Shown piece by piece: positions 1 through 10,734 of a stretch of DNA of 64,000 nucleotides (its first letter is position 1; each line of letters begins with the position of its first letter). The translations under genes were made by a program, and so were the position numbers. The notes beneath the pieces were generated by a model, which was not told where the DNA came from, did no database searches, and saw only the letters and a list, made by a program, of their open reading frames with translations. The stretch spans positions 67,828,001 through 67,892,000 of the forward strand of contig NC_043003.1 in the NCBI RefSeq assembly GCF_006345805.1, written 5' to 3'. The DNA comes from Octopus sinensis. Lineage: Eukaryota.

Positions 1-557
1 TCTCCTTATTTCTTTGCTCTTTGAATTATCTCTTTCTTTGAAGCCCAGCCTACCTGAAGCTGTATTTCCTTTCACATTACTATCATACAAACTACATTCT
101 ATTTTCACGTTTTCTGACCTAATTTTATACCTTTCATTACAAGTAGTCTGTTACATCTCTCTCTTTAAGCAATTTATTAAAGCTCATATTTTTTAAACAA
201 TAACTCTGTTGATACATTCAACATTAGCTTTTGAAGACAATGTTGTGAATTTGATGCTCCATGATACTCAAGTTATCTACATTCCTGATAGTTGATACCA
301 TATTCGCCTATTTGTTTATGAGTAATGTCTTAAAATTACACCTGTTTACATAATATGCATCCTATCGCCAAACATTCATTGATAATTTGAAACAGATGTA
401 AAGACATGATCACTCCAGCTAAGTAAAAAATATTATATAAATATATTCTTTTACTTGTAATTATCCGTCGTCGTCTTTTATGTGCATACATATACAAATA
501 TACACACCCATGCATATATAAATATAGGTATATACACACACATATAAATACATATAA

Positions 558-592
<35 letters not shown>

Positions 593-595
593 ATA

Positions 596-788
596 GTGAC
601 ATATATTTGCCTTTTGAATATGGCTAACCCCTAGGGGAGGATGCTACTGTAATTTGTAGCACCAGGAGGACACCTCCTCCAGCTGGCTATAGACACACTT
701 TCTGGAGGGGGTGTCCTCCTGTGGCTACAAACTACAGTAGCATCCACCCTTAGGGGTTAGCCATATTCAAATGGCAAATATACGTCAC
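596..788. mobile_element. Fold-back (palindromic) MITE-like element, 87-bp arms and 19-nt loop, abutting (TA)n
   Basis: 596-682 is the reverse complement of 702-788 with 8 mismatches by eye (GTGACATATATTTGCC...CCTCCAG / CTGGAGG...GGCAAATATACGTCAC). Confidence 0.8.
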
Positions 789-2169
789 GATGTGTTGCTG
801 CTACTGTTTATAACTCGCTCTGAGATTTATCATTATATATATATATATGCAATGTATGTATGTATTTACATATAACATATGTGGGTGTATTGTGCATTAT
901 TGTATTTGTAAAACCGGTAAAATTTAGAAATTGTAAATGAAATCAGGGATTATTGTAAACAATCTTGCTTAAAAACACGGACATTAGAGCAAAAAAAGAA
1001 CCCTATTCTGTTTTTGAATTTACACAACATATGAATAAAAATGAATAAAATTACGGGTGTCGCCTTATTCGGTTCTTGTGTAACTGTTGTGTCCATAGTT
1101 TGATTGGAGTCTTATCTTCAGAATGAAAAACCAGCAATTTTGAAAAGCGGTAACAAAAAACATTACATTAAAAACGAAAAAGACAATGGACAGCCAGTCT
1201 GATAGGATCAGTGACAGAATGTTAATAGCTATGTTAAGAGGTCAACGAAAATGATTATTGTAATAATCCCCATACTGTGTCTATCAATCGAAATTGTATG
1301 ATTTGCAAATCTAAAATGTTGTTTATTCTAACGCCGCTGCACATTATTTTGTTGGGAGAACATTATAATTGAAATATTTTTTTCTATTGTATTGACGTCA
1401 TTGAACACTAAATCATGAATAGAATTACTGTTACCGCTCAGATTTCTAACAAATAGGTCTAATGTAAATAATGTAAATAACGGATGTAATCAAGACCAAG
1501 AGTTTGAAATATCATACTCCTATGTTTACCAAATATATTATCGATATAATTTAAAATTCAAAATTATTGTTCTTAGCCGTATTTTGCCGTATTTACTCTC
1601 TCTCTCTCTCTCTCTTTCTCAATCTCACTCATTATTCCTCCTCCCCCTCTCTATTTTTCTCCTTTTTGCTCTCTCGTTATTCTCTCCGAGGGATAAATAT
1701 TTCCATAGAGGATTTTATCTTGTATGTTCTTATGCATACCATTTCACCCAGGATCGTTTTCCAGACTGATGTCACTCGCCACTCAAAGGTACAAAGTAGT
1801 CCATTTTTGTATTGATCATGCAAGATACGCCAGAAAATTAATGCCATCCATTCATTTTGAATAGGTCTAAATTTTTGGACTCGTTGGAATCATGTTATAA
1901 TGCTGTTTCGATGACTCCCACTGGAGAAGTTCCACCTATACACACTTGTCTTCGTTTTACAAGATGAAACATTTTCTTTTAGACTTAATGTCATGTTGAT
2001 TCTATAAAATACTGAATAATACAAATTCTCATATCCTTCCAGTGAAGTCCGCTACAATTGCGCATATTTGTAAATTGAAGTTGTAACGATATGAAGGTAA
2101 TCTCGCTGAATTGAGCATGTATTTTCTATGGTATTAAATACAATTTTTGTCTTTGTTATATATGTTCGC

Positions 2170-3120
2170 ACAGCATTGACATGGAAATATACAGAATGGC
2201 CGCGTAGCGAATGTTCCCATTTTTAATAATGCCTAACAAGGGAAGATCGCCAAAATGCTTGCTATTGAATGGCATCGGGAAGACGAATGGAGATGTCCAA
2301 GAGCTGTGGAACCAATTTCCCAAGAATCGAAACTTGCCAATGGAAGATCGCTTGAGCCGACTTACTGCCAGCGGAATATAACGGATTTCCCAACGTTTAC
2401 AAATTTACAGACTTTTATCAGAAGAGAGGAGCTGTTTTGCATGCTTCAAGAGCAAAGTGGCTAATTTGGGCACATATTGTGAGTATAAAACGGACCTTAC
2501 TTAAGATAGAATTGGTGCCCAGACGATATGTCTGTTGAAAAGTCTATTGTGTTCATTCACACACTGGAGCAACAGGGAATCAAGAAACGCGAAACATGTT
2601 TGAAAATATTCCTGTCACTAAGATTTGTTGGAATAGGAACAAGGTTGTCAACAGCAGTAGCAAAACAAGTATTTTACTACAGAGTGCCAAATCATGAGAG
2701 GTGAAGATATACCCAGTGGAATAGCTGCCGACCCTGTCAACCCTGAACATAATGTAAATTTTTGTCCCAAGAAGAAGAAAACATAATGGGTGAACTGATA
2801 GCCTCAAAGGAAGAAGAGAGCTGTCAATGGTAACCCAAAGGATGCAGAACTGCATTTCAGTATTACACTGTGAGGTAGGCATGGCTAATCCTAGTCATGT
2901 TTGGTTAGAGACAATTCCACATAATCAGAGCCAAGAATGCTTAGAGATACTGGAATAAAAGAGGAAAGAAAAAATTCAGTAGCTAAGAGGTAGGAGGAAT
3001 AGACTACAGCTGATAATGAATGAAGGAAAATATTAGCTAGAAGACAGAAAAGGAATATGGCTGGCGTTTTCGCCAGCGTTGTCAACGCCCTAACTATGGC
3101 CATCATGCTTCATGATCCAG
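2170..3120 (+). pseudogene. Highly decayed RTE-type LINE reverse transcriptase 3' region
   Basis: Frameshifted fragments resemble RTE C-terminal motifs: LGHIVSI-like, LSMVTQRM, KRKEKIQ*LRGRR, LEDRKGIW. Many stops. Confidence 0.35.
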
Positions 3121-3188
3121 ACAGAAAAGATCGATAGACACAGTTCCACGACACTTACTCACTCTGGTCAAATCTAGATTTATAAACA

Positions 3189-3259
<71 letters not shown>

Positions 3260-3871
3260 AACACACACATACCTAGTTATTAATTCGATTTGCAAGATTC
3301 CTGATGTGAAATCATCTGTTGGAAAAGTTATTATTGTATTTCGGGATGGTCATTTTTTCGTCAAATAAACAGACGCACTATATACTTTTTCTTCACTCTT
3401 TTATTACTGTTCGTATTTTATTATTTTAATCATCCACTCATTCGTTATCCGGAAATTTTTCATCGCATATCTGCGACCCCTTCATTTTTGTGTGTGTTCT
3501 TACAACAGTTATTCCATTCTAAGATGTGTATCCTTATGTTCGCATGCGTTTGTGCGCTTGCTTCTTTGAGTGTATGTGTGTGTATTTACGTCTGTGTGTT
3601 TGACACATGCACACAAGCATACACACACACATACACATACACGTTCACAGACATTCCATTACAAATACGCATGCGCACATAAGGATACATATGTTAGAAG
3701 AACAGAATGGAGTAAGTGGAGCAACAATGCACAAGAGAAAGGAAAATTGTCACTGAAGAGTTCACAGGTGTGTGACAAAAAAATTCCGGAAAAATAATAA
3801 AAATAAGAACAGAAATGAGCAAGAGAAGAAAAATATATAGAGCATGTGTATGACCATCACGAAATGAAACA

Positions 3872-3940
<69 letters not shown>

Positions 3941-3960
3941 TGTGTATGTGTGTGTGTGTG

Positions 3961-4161
3961 TGACTACGTGTGTACCGTTGGCGATTTTTTCCGTCTGTCT
4001 TCCCTTCTCTGGATCTTTCTTTCTCCTATGTTTCCGACGAAAAGCTCCGCCTCGAAACGTTATACCCTTCTTCCTTCCTTCTTTCCTGAGCGTCCAATAA
4101 TACTATATTTGTTCCACGTCCTCGCGTTGTTGTGTTTTTTTGTGCTTTCATGTTTGGATTA

Positions 4162-4164
<3 letters not shown>
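3961..4164 (+). mobile_element. Penelope-like terminal (pLTR-like) non-autonomous element between (GT)n and (TA)n
   Basis: Homologous to 59741-59945 (opposite strand) and to the truncated copy at 9386-9445; contains a hammerhead motif at 4030-4065. Confidence 0.65.
4030..4065 (+). ncRNA. Minimal type I hammerhead-like motif with CCGACGA core
   Basis: GTTT-CCGACGA-A-AAGCTCCGCCTC-GAAA-CG-TT-ATAC; palindromic AACGTT helix III; stem II slightly mutated relative to the 59836 copy. Confidence 0.55.
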
Positions 4165-4214
<50 letters not shown>

Positions 4215-4783
4215 ATAATAGAGTAAATAATTTCTATAATGGTTTTTAAAAATGACCACAATTATTTACTGGTAAAATTCGGTATGTAATATAGCCGATT
4301 AACGGTAGGGACTTCTGTAAAGTTCAGTATATATATTGTATACAAGAAAAAGGGACAGGCAACAGGTTACTTGGTCGCATACCGAAAAATTAGAAATAGC
4401 AGTCAAGACTGTTTATTTCTGGGGCTCCACACACGACATACCCTGTAATTCACATATGCAAAACAGAAGGAATAGATACCGAAAACATTTGATAAATCTA
4501 TTTCAATGGAAAGCTGCGCTGAAGACGGATGTGAAATATATACGCAATATATATGAAATATATATTAAAAATATATATGAAATATATATATTCAATATGT
4601 TTATAATGATGTTCGTAGATAACCACCAGACTTTGTTTTCGTTATCTATTCCTTCTGTTTTGCATATGTGAATTACAGGGTATGTCGTGTGTGGAGCCCC
4701 ACTTGTAGAAAATAGAAATAAACAGTCTTGACTGCTATTTCTATTTTTCGGCATGCGGCCAAGCAACCGGTTGCCTGTCCCTT
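4215..4783. mobile_element. Tail plus fold-back element (arms 4350-4487 / 4634-4783) in (TA)n
   Basis: AAGGGACAGGCAAC...GAAAACA is inverted at TGTTTTC...GTTGCCTGTCCCTT; shares CATACCGAAA(A/T)TTAGAA(A/T)TAGCAGT with the 16695 and 52938 elements. Confidence 0.8.
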
Positions 4784-4840
4784 ATATATATAATATATAT
4801 ATATTATATATATATCATATATATATATTATATATATATA

Positions 4841-4910
<70 letters not shown>

Positions 4911-5085
4911 CGTTTAAATATTTGTTGTGCAAGATTTTTTATGTGAAGTCGTGTGTGTGAAAATAGATATTGTTATATTTCGGAATGGTCATATTGCCAG
5001 TTTCGATAATAAAAACCACCGCACTATATATTTTATGTTATTTTGCTTCAGTGTTATTTATTTTTACATTAATCTTAATCTATTC

Positions 5086-5130
5086 GGCCAGAGTTCTTTC
5101 GTCACACTCCTGTGACCGCATCAGTGGTCC
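5086..5130 (-). ncRNA. Hammerhead-like motif (left arm)
   Basis: Minus strand: GGACCA-CTGATG-CG-GTCAC-AGGAGT-GTGAC-GAAA-GAAC-TC-TGGCC; stems I and II pair; A9 is replaced by CG. Confidence 0.5.
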
Positions 5131-5216
5131 TGTGTTTTCTTCTTTCTTATTTCTTATACAAAATGGCTGACGGTTAGTAAGGAGAGACACAAATAAATAA
5201 GAAAGAAGAAAACAAA

Positions 5217-5259
5217 GGACCACTGATGCGGTCACGGAGGTGACGAAAGAATTCTGGCC
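5217..5259 (+). ncRNA. Hammerhead-like motif (right arm)
   Basis: GGACCA-CTGATG-CG-GTCAC-GGAG-GTGAC-GAAA-GAAT-TC-TGGCC; perfect 5-bp stem II. Confidence 0.5.
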
Positions 5260-5427
5260 GAAATAAGATTAAGATTAATGTAAAAAATAAATAACACTAA
5301 ATCAAAATAACACGAAATATATAGTACGTGTGTTTTTATTGGCTAGACTGGCAATATGACCATTCCGAAATATAACAATATATATATATGTATACTTTAT
5401 TTAAAAGCAGCAGAAATACAGCCAAAG

Positions 5428-5464
5428 CTGTTATCAGAATTTCACGTTCCCGTTCGTCGGACAG
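5428..5464 (-). ncRNA. Minimal type I hammerhead motif with CCGACGA core (left arm)
   Basis: Minus strand: CTGT-CCGACGA-ACG-GGAA-CGT-GAAA-TTCTGA-TA-ACAG; stems I and II are perfect. Confidence 0.65.
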
Positions 5465-5481
5465 TTTTTGTTAAAAACAAA

Positions 5482-5519
5482 CTGTCCGACGCACAGGAAC
5501 GTGAAACTCTGAGTAACAG
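5482..5519 (+). ncRNA. Minimal type I hammerhead motif (right arm, mutated core)
   Basis: CTGT-CCGACGC-ACA-GGAA-CGT-GAAA-CTC-T-GAG-TA-ACAG; perfect stems I and III, GUA triplet. Confidence 0.6.
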
Positions 5520-5651
5520 CTTTTGTTATATTTCTGTGCTTTTAAATAAAGCATATTACTCTACCTCTGGTATTGAGTCCCCTTTTTTCTACTTGTTTCA
5601 CATTTCTGTGCTTACTCGGTATATATATGTATGTATATATGTATATATATG

Positions 5652-5740
<89 letters not shown>

Positions 5741-6119
5741 TCGTTTTTCCACTATTACGACTACTCTGCGTAGGTTAATTCGATAAACAGCACACCTTTG
5801 GAAGAAGTAAACAATTCTTTTCCGCATGGATTGCCTTCTGCTAATTTCACACAAATACACTCACACAGCGACCTGCTCTCACATACACACAAACACACAT
5901 TTTATATATAATCATCATGGGTTTCAGTGTTTCAAGTCATGTAAAAATATAAAAAAAATTTTATGACACGAACAGATACTGAATTCGTTGTTAAGAATAT
6001 TTTCTTTATTCATACAAAACTTCAAAGGTTGAATATGTTTAATTCCACAAAATCAATTATGCGTATAACTATTCAACGCGTGTACGTATACACACATATA
6101 CGTTTGGGTGGTAGTATAT

Positions 6120-6163
6120 ATACGTGTATATGTATGTATGTATGTGTGTATATATATATATTT

Positions 6164-6201
<38 letters not shown>

Positions 6202-6275
6202 ATATAGCGTATATATATATATTATATTATATATAGCATATATATATAGATATATATAATGTATATATATAGATA

Positions 6276-6316
<41 letters not shown>

Positions 6317-6346
6317 TTATATACATATATATATATGTATATATAT

Positions 6347-6380
<34 letters not shown>

Positions 6381-6381
6381 G

Positions 6382-6412
<31 letters not shown>

Positions 6413-6431
6413 ATGTATATGTATATATATA

Positions 6432-6496
<65 letters not shown>

Positions 6497-6665
6497 TATA
6501 TTTAAATATATATATAGATATAGATATATATATGCATATATATATGCATGTATATATATATATATATATTTATATATATGCATATATAATATATATAATT
6601 TGTATTTGCACATGTACGTATATGCGTATGTAAGTATATGTAAGTAATATATCATTTTTTGGATT

Positions 6666-6722
<57 letters not shown>

Positions 6723-6725
6723 CGT
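6120..6725. repeat. Long degenerate (TA)n/(TATG)n microsatellite
   Basis: Direct reading; source of the IY-repeat ORFs. Confidence 0.95.
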
Positions 6726-7200
6726 ATATGTGTGTTTGCGAATTTATTAGCTGATAGGAGTGAAATAAGATGGTTTACAGCTAGATAGAAATGAAAATGC
6801 TGCTGCTGATTTTACGACTATAAACGTTTGAAGAAGAAAAGTTGGGAGAATGTGAATAAATCGTATAGAATAACAACATTATATAAACGAAAGAAGTTTC
6901 AAAGAACTCATTGCAAGAAAAGAAAACGAAATTGCACTGAATGTTTATTTCACAAATATAGAAGATATAAGGAACTGATTACAGTTGTACCCATAAAACA
7001 AAATTGGTTCTAGCATCATTCCATGTAATCCTTCACAGCTACTCCATAATTAACGAAGCACTATATTTCCGTCAACTTCATCACCAATATATGTATATGG
7101 TATAACATATTGTTATTTTATTTGGTACATAAGCACACACAAACACACACACACAAACACACACACACACAAACACACACGCACACACACACACACACAC

Positions 7201-7293
7201 AAGCCGTTAGATTTACTTCAACATTTAAATTTAATTTGCCAAAGTATTTTCGTCGCTTTGAGATTCAACCAGTTCGCAATTCCGAACTGCATA

Positions 7294-7328
<35 letters not shown>

Positions 7329-7505
7329 TACGGAGGTGTACTTGCATAGCAAGTGAACTGATCTTAGATCGTGTGCTGGAACGAAAACAATTGCAGCGTG
7401 GAAGGTGTTTATAAGCCATTTAAGAAACACACAAAACCGTTAGATTCACTACAACATTTAAATTTAATTTGTCAAAATATTTTCGTCGCTTTGAGACCGC
7501 GACCT
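7201..7505 (-). mobile_element. Two partial tandem copies of a pLTR-like repeat separated by (TA)n
   Basis: CCGTTAGATT...AACATTTAAATTTAATTTG...TATTTTCGTCGCTTTGAGA occurs at 7204-7263 and 7437-7496. Confidence 0.7.
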
Positions 7506-7515
7506 ATATATATGT

Positions 7516-7700
7516 ATACGAACGTGAGTCAAAAAGTAATGTCATTTTATATGGGAGGCCTCATGAATGATCATAGTAAGAGGGGAGAAGAACATGGAAA
7601 CGTTACAACGCCAACGTAATGACCGTTACAATATCTCGAAGCTCCTTAATTCATTGTCGCTTCTCCAGGAAGCAATTTCTGTGTTATGTATTGTATGCAG
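7516..7700 (+). mobile_element. Possible mariner-like terminal relic
   Basis: TA-CGAACGTGAGTCAAAAAGTAATG resembles a mariner TIR; no second TIR or ORF was found. Confidence 0.3.
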
Positions 7701-9385
7701 AACAGTATTTTGCTCCACATATTTGTATCGCTAATCTATAAATCAGATATATGAGCAACTTACTTATTACTGATGTTATAAGAAATAACAAGAATAATTA
7801 TGATATTAATGCCTATCATAAAATTTGGAATGCATGTTTGGTAGATTTCCTTTCAGGAAATAAAATGGACATAAAATTGAAGTGAATAGCGCATTATAAA
7901 TCTGATATTAACGAACAATTTTTTACCAAATATGTCGGTCACATCTATAATAATATGTGCATGTGTACATATATGTGTGTTGTATGTGTGTATATATATG
8001 TAGAGGTTTCTATGCATATATGTAAATAATTACACACACGAAAGCACACACACACATGGTTTTTCTTGTGCATGTGTCTTTATAGACATGCCTAAGAACA
8101 TTTTATGTGCGGTTGTGTGTGTATGCAAGCGTGTATGCAGGTATGTATATATCTTTTGGCGAATGTGTTGGTGAGCATGTGTGTGTTTCAAATGAGGGAG
8201 AATGAGTATATACTTATAGGCGCATATACGTGGGTTTGCGAGCGCGCATGTATAGGTATGGACATGACCGCTTACACGATTGATATGAACATTTTTACTC
8301 CATTATATTTACTCCATCCCCTTACATATCTTTCATTCTAAATGCTCTTTTGTCTTAATAACAATCAATTAGACAGTGATTTCCTTTTTCTTAACGGTCA
8401 TTTTCATAGCACTTTGTCGATGGCCGGATAAATGAAGAGATGGCGGCGTGGTTTTCCACTCCGACATCCGAATCTCGGATGGCTGCCGAATAATTGTCAA
8501 ACACACCCATACACCCACACACACATATATATATATTATATATATATATATATATATGCATACATACCTACCTACATACATACATGTATATACAAGTATA
8601 TTTTATATATACGTTTATATAGAGAGGCACATACAATTTATCGACCCTACTCAAATCTATTCACCAAATGAATTATTGTCTTAAATCTGTCATATATGCT
8701 ATCCACGGCTTATATGGAATTATACTTCAAATTAATGTGAACAAAGGCTAGCCGCCATTTTGTGTTACTCAAGCTTTGAAAACATTCTTCTAGTGATAAT
8801 CAAATTGATACGATTTATGGCTGCTTATTAATTTAGATCAACTCTTGTAGATGTGCATTTTTTTTGAATCATCAGTTTGAAATGTTAACGTTATTTGCAG
8901 AATGTTGCTATAATTCGTGAACGACAATAGAAACTATACAGCAGATCTTTATGCGTTAACTGTTGAATATGGTTTTATTTCATTAATATTACTGGGGACA
9001 ATCGCGGAAATATATGAATAGAAACCTATAGTTTCTGAATAACCGCAAGAATATGTTGCCTTTATTGACTGTTAATATGTTTTGAGATACTTCGAACTTT
9101 ATGCTGATGTTGTGCATTCATTCTACTACAGAGACTTCTATGATAATATTTGAGAAATATTAGAATTTTTATAAGTTTAGCAGCATGCGAATTTGAATTT
9201 ACATCGCTTTTCACTTTAATACAAATGCAGGAAAGTTGTATTTGAGGTATAAACCTATCATCGTACGTTTTATTGAATAATGCGTTTTGTTCTCTACCTG
9301 AGTAGAGTATACAGGTATATGGATGTGCATATAACATATATATACATATTATATATAATATATATATAATATATATATATATTAT

Positions 9386-9445
9386 ATATATAGTTAATCC
9401 AAACAAGAAAGCATAAAAAAACACAACAACGCGAGGGTTGGGTTT
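9386..9445 (-). mobile_element. Truncated copy of the 3961/59741 element terminus
   Basis: TAGTTAATCCAAACAAGAAAGCATAAAAAAACACAACAACGCGAGG directly after (TA)n. Confidence 0.7.
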
Positions 9446-9810
9446 AACGTTGGTATTGTCACTCCCGTTCGACAACGTATAGATTTCGAAGTTATATACA
9501 GTCACTGATCTACTCAATAGATCCCTAATTCATGATTTTAATAATTATATTTTTTCCATGCTGACCACTTGATAAAATCGTTATTCTATTCTTAAATTAA
9601 CGATCTTATCCTTATTTATATAAATTTAAATTTATTTCGTCACTGTTTACTGCGGCGATATTTGGACCATATCTCACATGGAATTTAACGGCGGGCATTT
9701 TGAACTGGCCATGATGCATACGTGCATATATATGTAGGTATACGTTCGTATATGTAAGTATTCGTATGTTGTATTTATATATATATGTATTTATATTTCT
9801 CTTCTATGTG

Positions 9811-9871
9811 TATTCTACTGACGAGGCAAAGCATTCCTAAATGCAAAACGGAAATCCGGGATCTAGAATTA
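9811..9871 (+). ncRNA. Type I hammerhead-like motif, canonical CTGACGA core
   Basis: ATTCTA-CTGACGA-GGCAAA-GCATT-CCTA-AATGC-AAAACG-GAAA-TCCGGGA-TC-TAGAAT; 6-bp stem I, near-palindromic helix III, AUC triplet; base of stem II mismatched. Confidence 0.6.
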
Positions 9872-10734
9872 TCCAGTAATGTTTTACTACTTTCATGTTG
9901 TCTCTTTGTTTTCTCTCCGTATTAATATATGGACAATTAAGGTGGTTTTAGAGTCAGATCATGGCTGCTATTTTCAGCATGGTGGTATCTCGTAGATACC
10001 CTAATTTATAATTTTAATATATATATAAATGTATATATATACACACACAATAACGGATTACATCCACTCTCGTGTTGAGAAGATTAAAGTTTATACTGAG
10101 TGACTGAATGAATTTGTCTTGTTTATTCGCCGATTCGATTTTGTATAGCATTTGTGGACCATCCCATCAAAGCGCTGGGTGTTAAATTACTGTGAAATCA
10201 TTGATAGGCGAGACAAATCGCATTCAAATCGTATTCAGTAGTAATGAATACATGTTTCACCATTTTTGTGGCTTAACACCACGACGACATATAAATAGTG
10301 TAAGAACTATTTGCTGGTATGCCAGGTAGATAAGCATATATGTAAGTAAGATTGTGTTGAACAGGCAGAAGGGAATTGTACTCGCGGACGTTGCATAATA
10401 TGAATTTGGTTGAACATAAGAATAATAAGACTGTTTTCACAAGTTCAATGTAAAATTGAAATAACTGATGCTGACTTTTATCATAATATTATATTACATA
10501 TGTAATCTGTTTGCTTATGTGTATGGCCTTCTTAAATTTATTCATGTAGAATGTCATTCCAAACTATATTCATCCTTTCGATGTACACATTTTTAGTTCA
10601 CTTTTATTAAATAACTTCAATTACAAACATGATCCAGGTCATATACGATGATATATTTTTAAAATAATCACGTAAATTTTAAGTTAATAGCATGTATATG
10701 TTAACATTGTCGCCTCAGTTTTATATATTTTGTC

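Larger units (their letters stand above)
4967..5381. mobile_element. Fold-back element with ~200-bp inverted arms, each containing a hammerhead-like motif
   Basis: ATATTGTTATATTTCGGAATGGTCATATTGCCAGT at the left end is inverted at the right end. The same terminus recurs at ~3330, ~20934 and ~56837. Confidence 0.85.
5395..5620. mobile_element. Fold-back element (arms 5395-5470 / 5477-5551) plus ~70-bp tail ending in (TA)n
   Basis: CTTTATTTAAAAGCAGCAGAAAT...GGACAG is inverted at CTGTCC...ATTTCTGTGCTTTTAAATAAAG. Confidence 0.85.

Noticed and set aside
1720-2050. Possible Tc1/Tc3 relic on the minus strand (SNESKNLD...)
   Set aside because: Only a faint likeness to the SDE.KFNLDG motif, with many stops; not supportable by eye.
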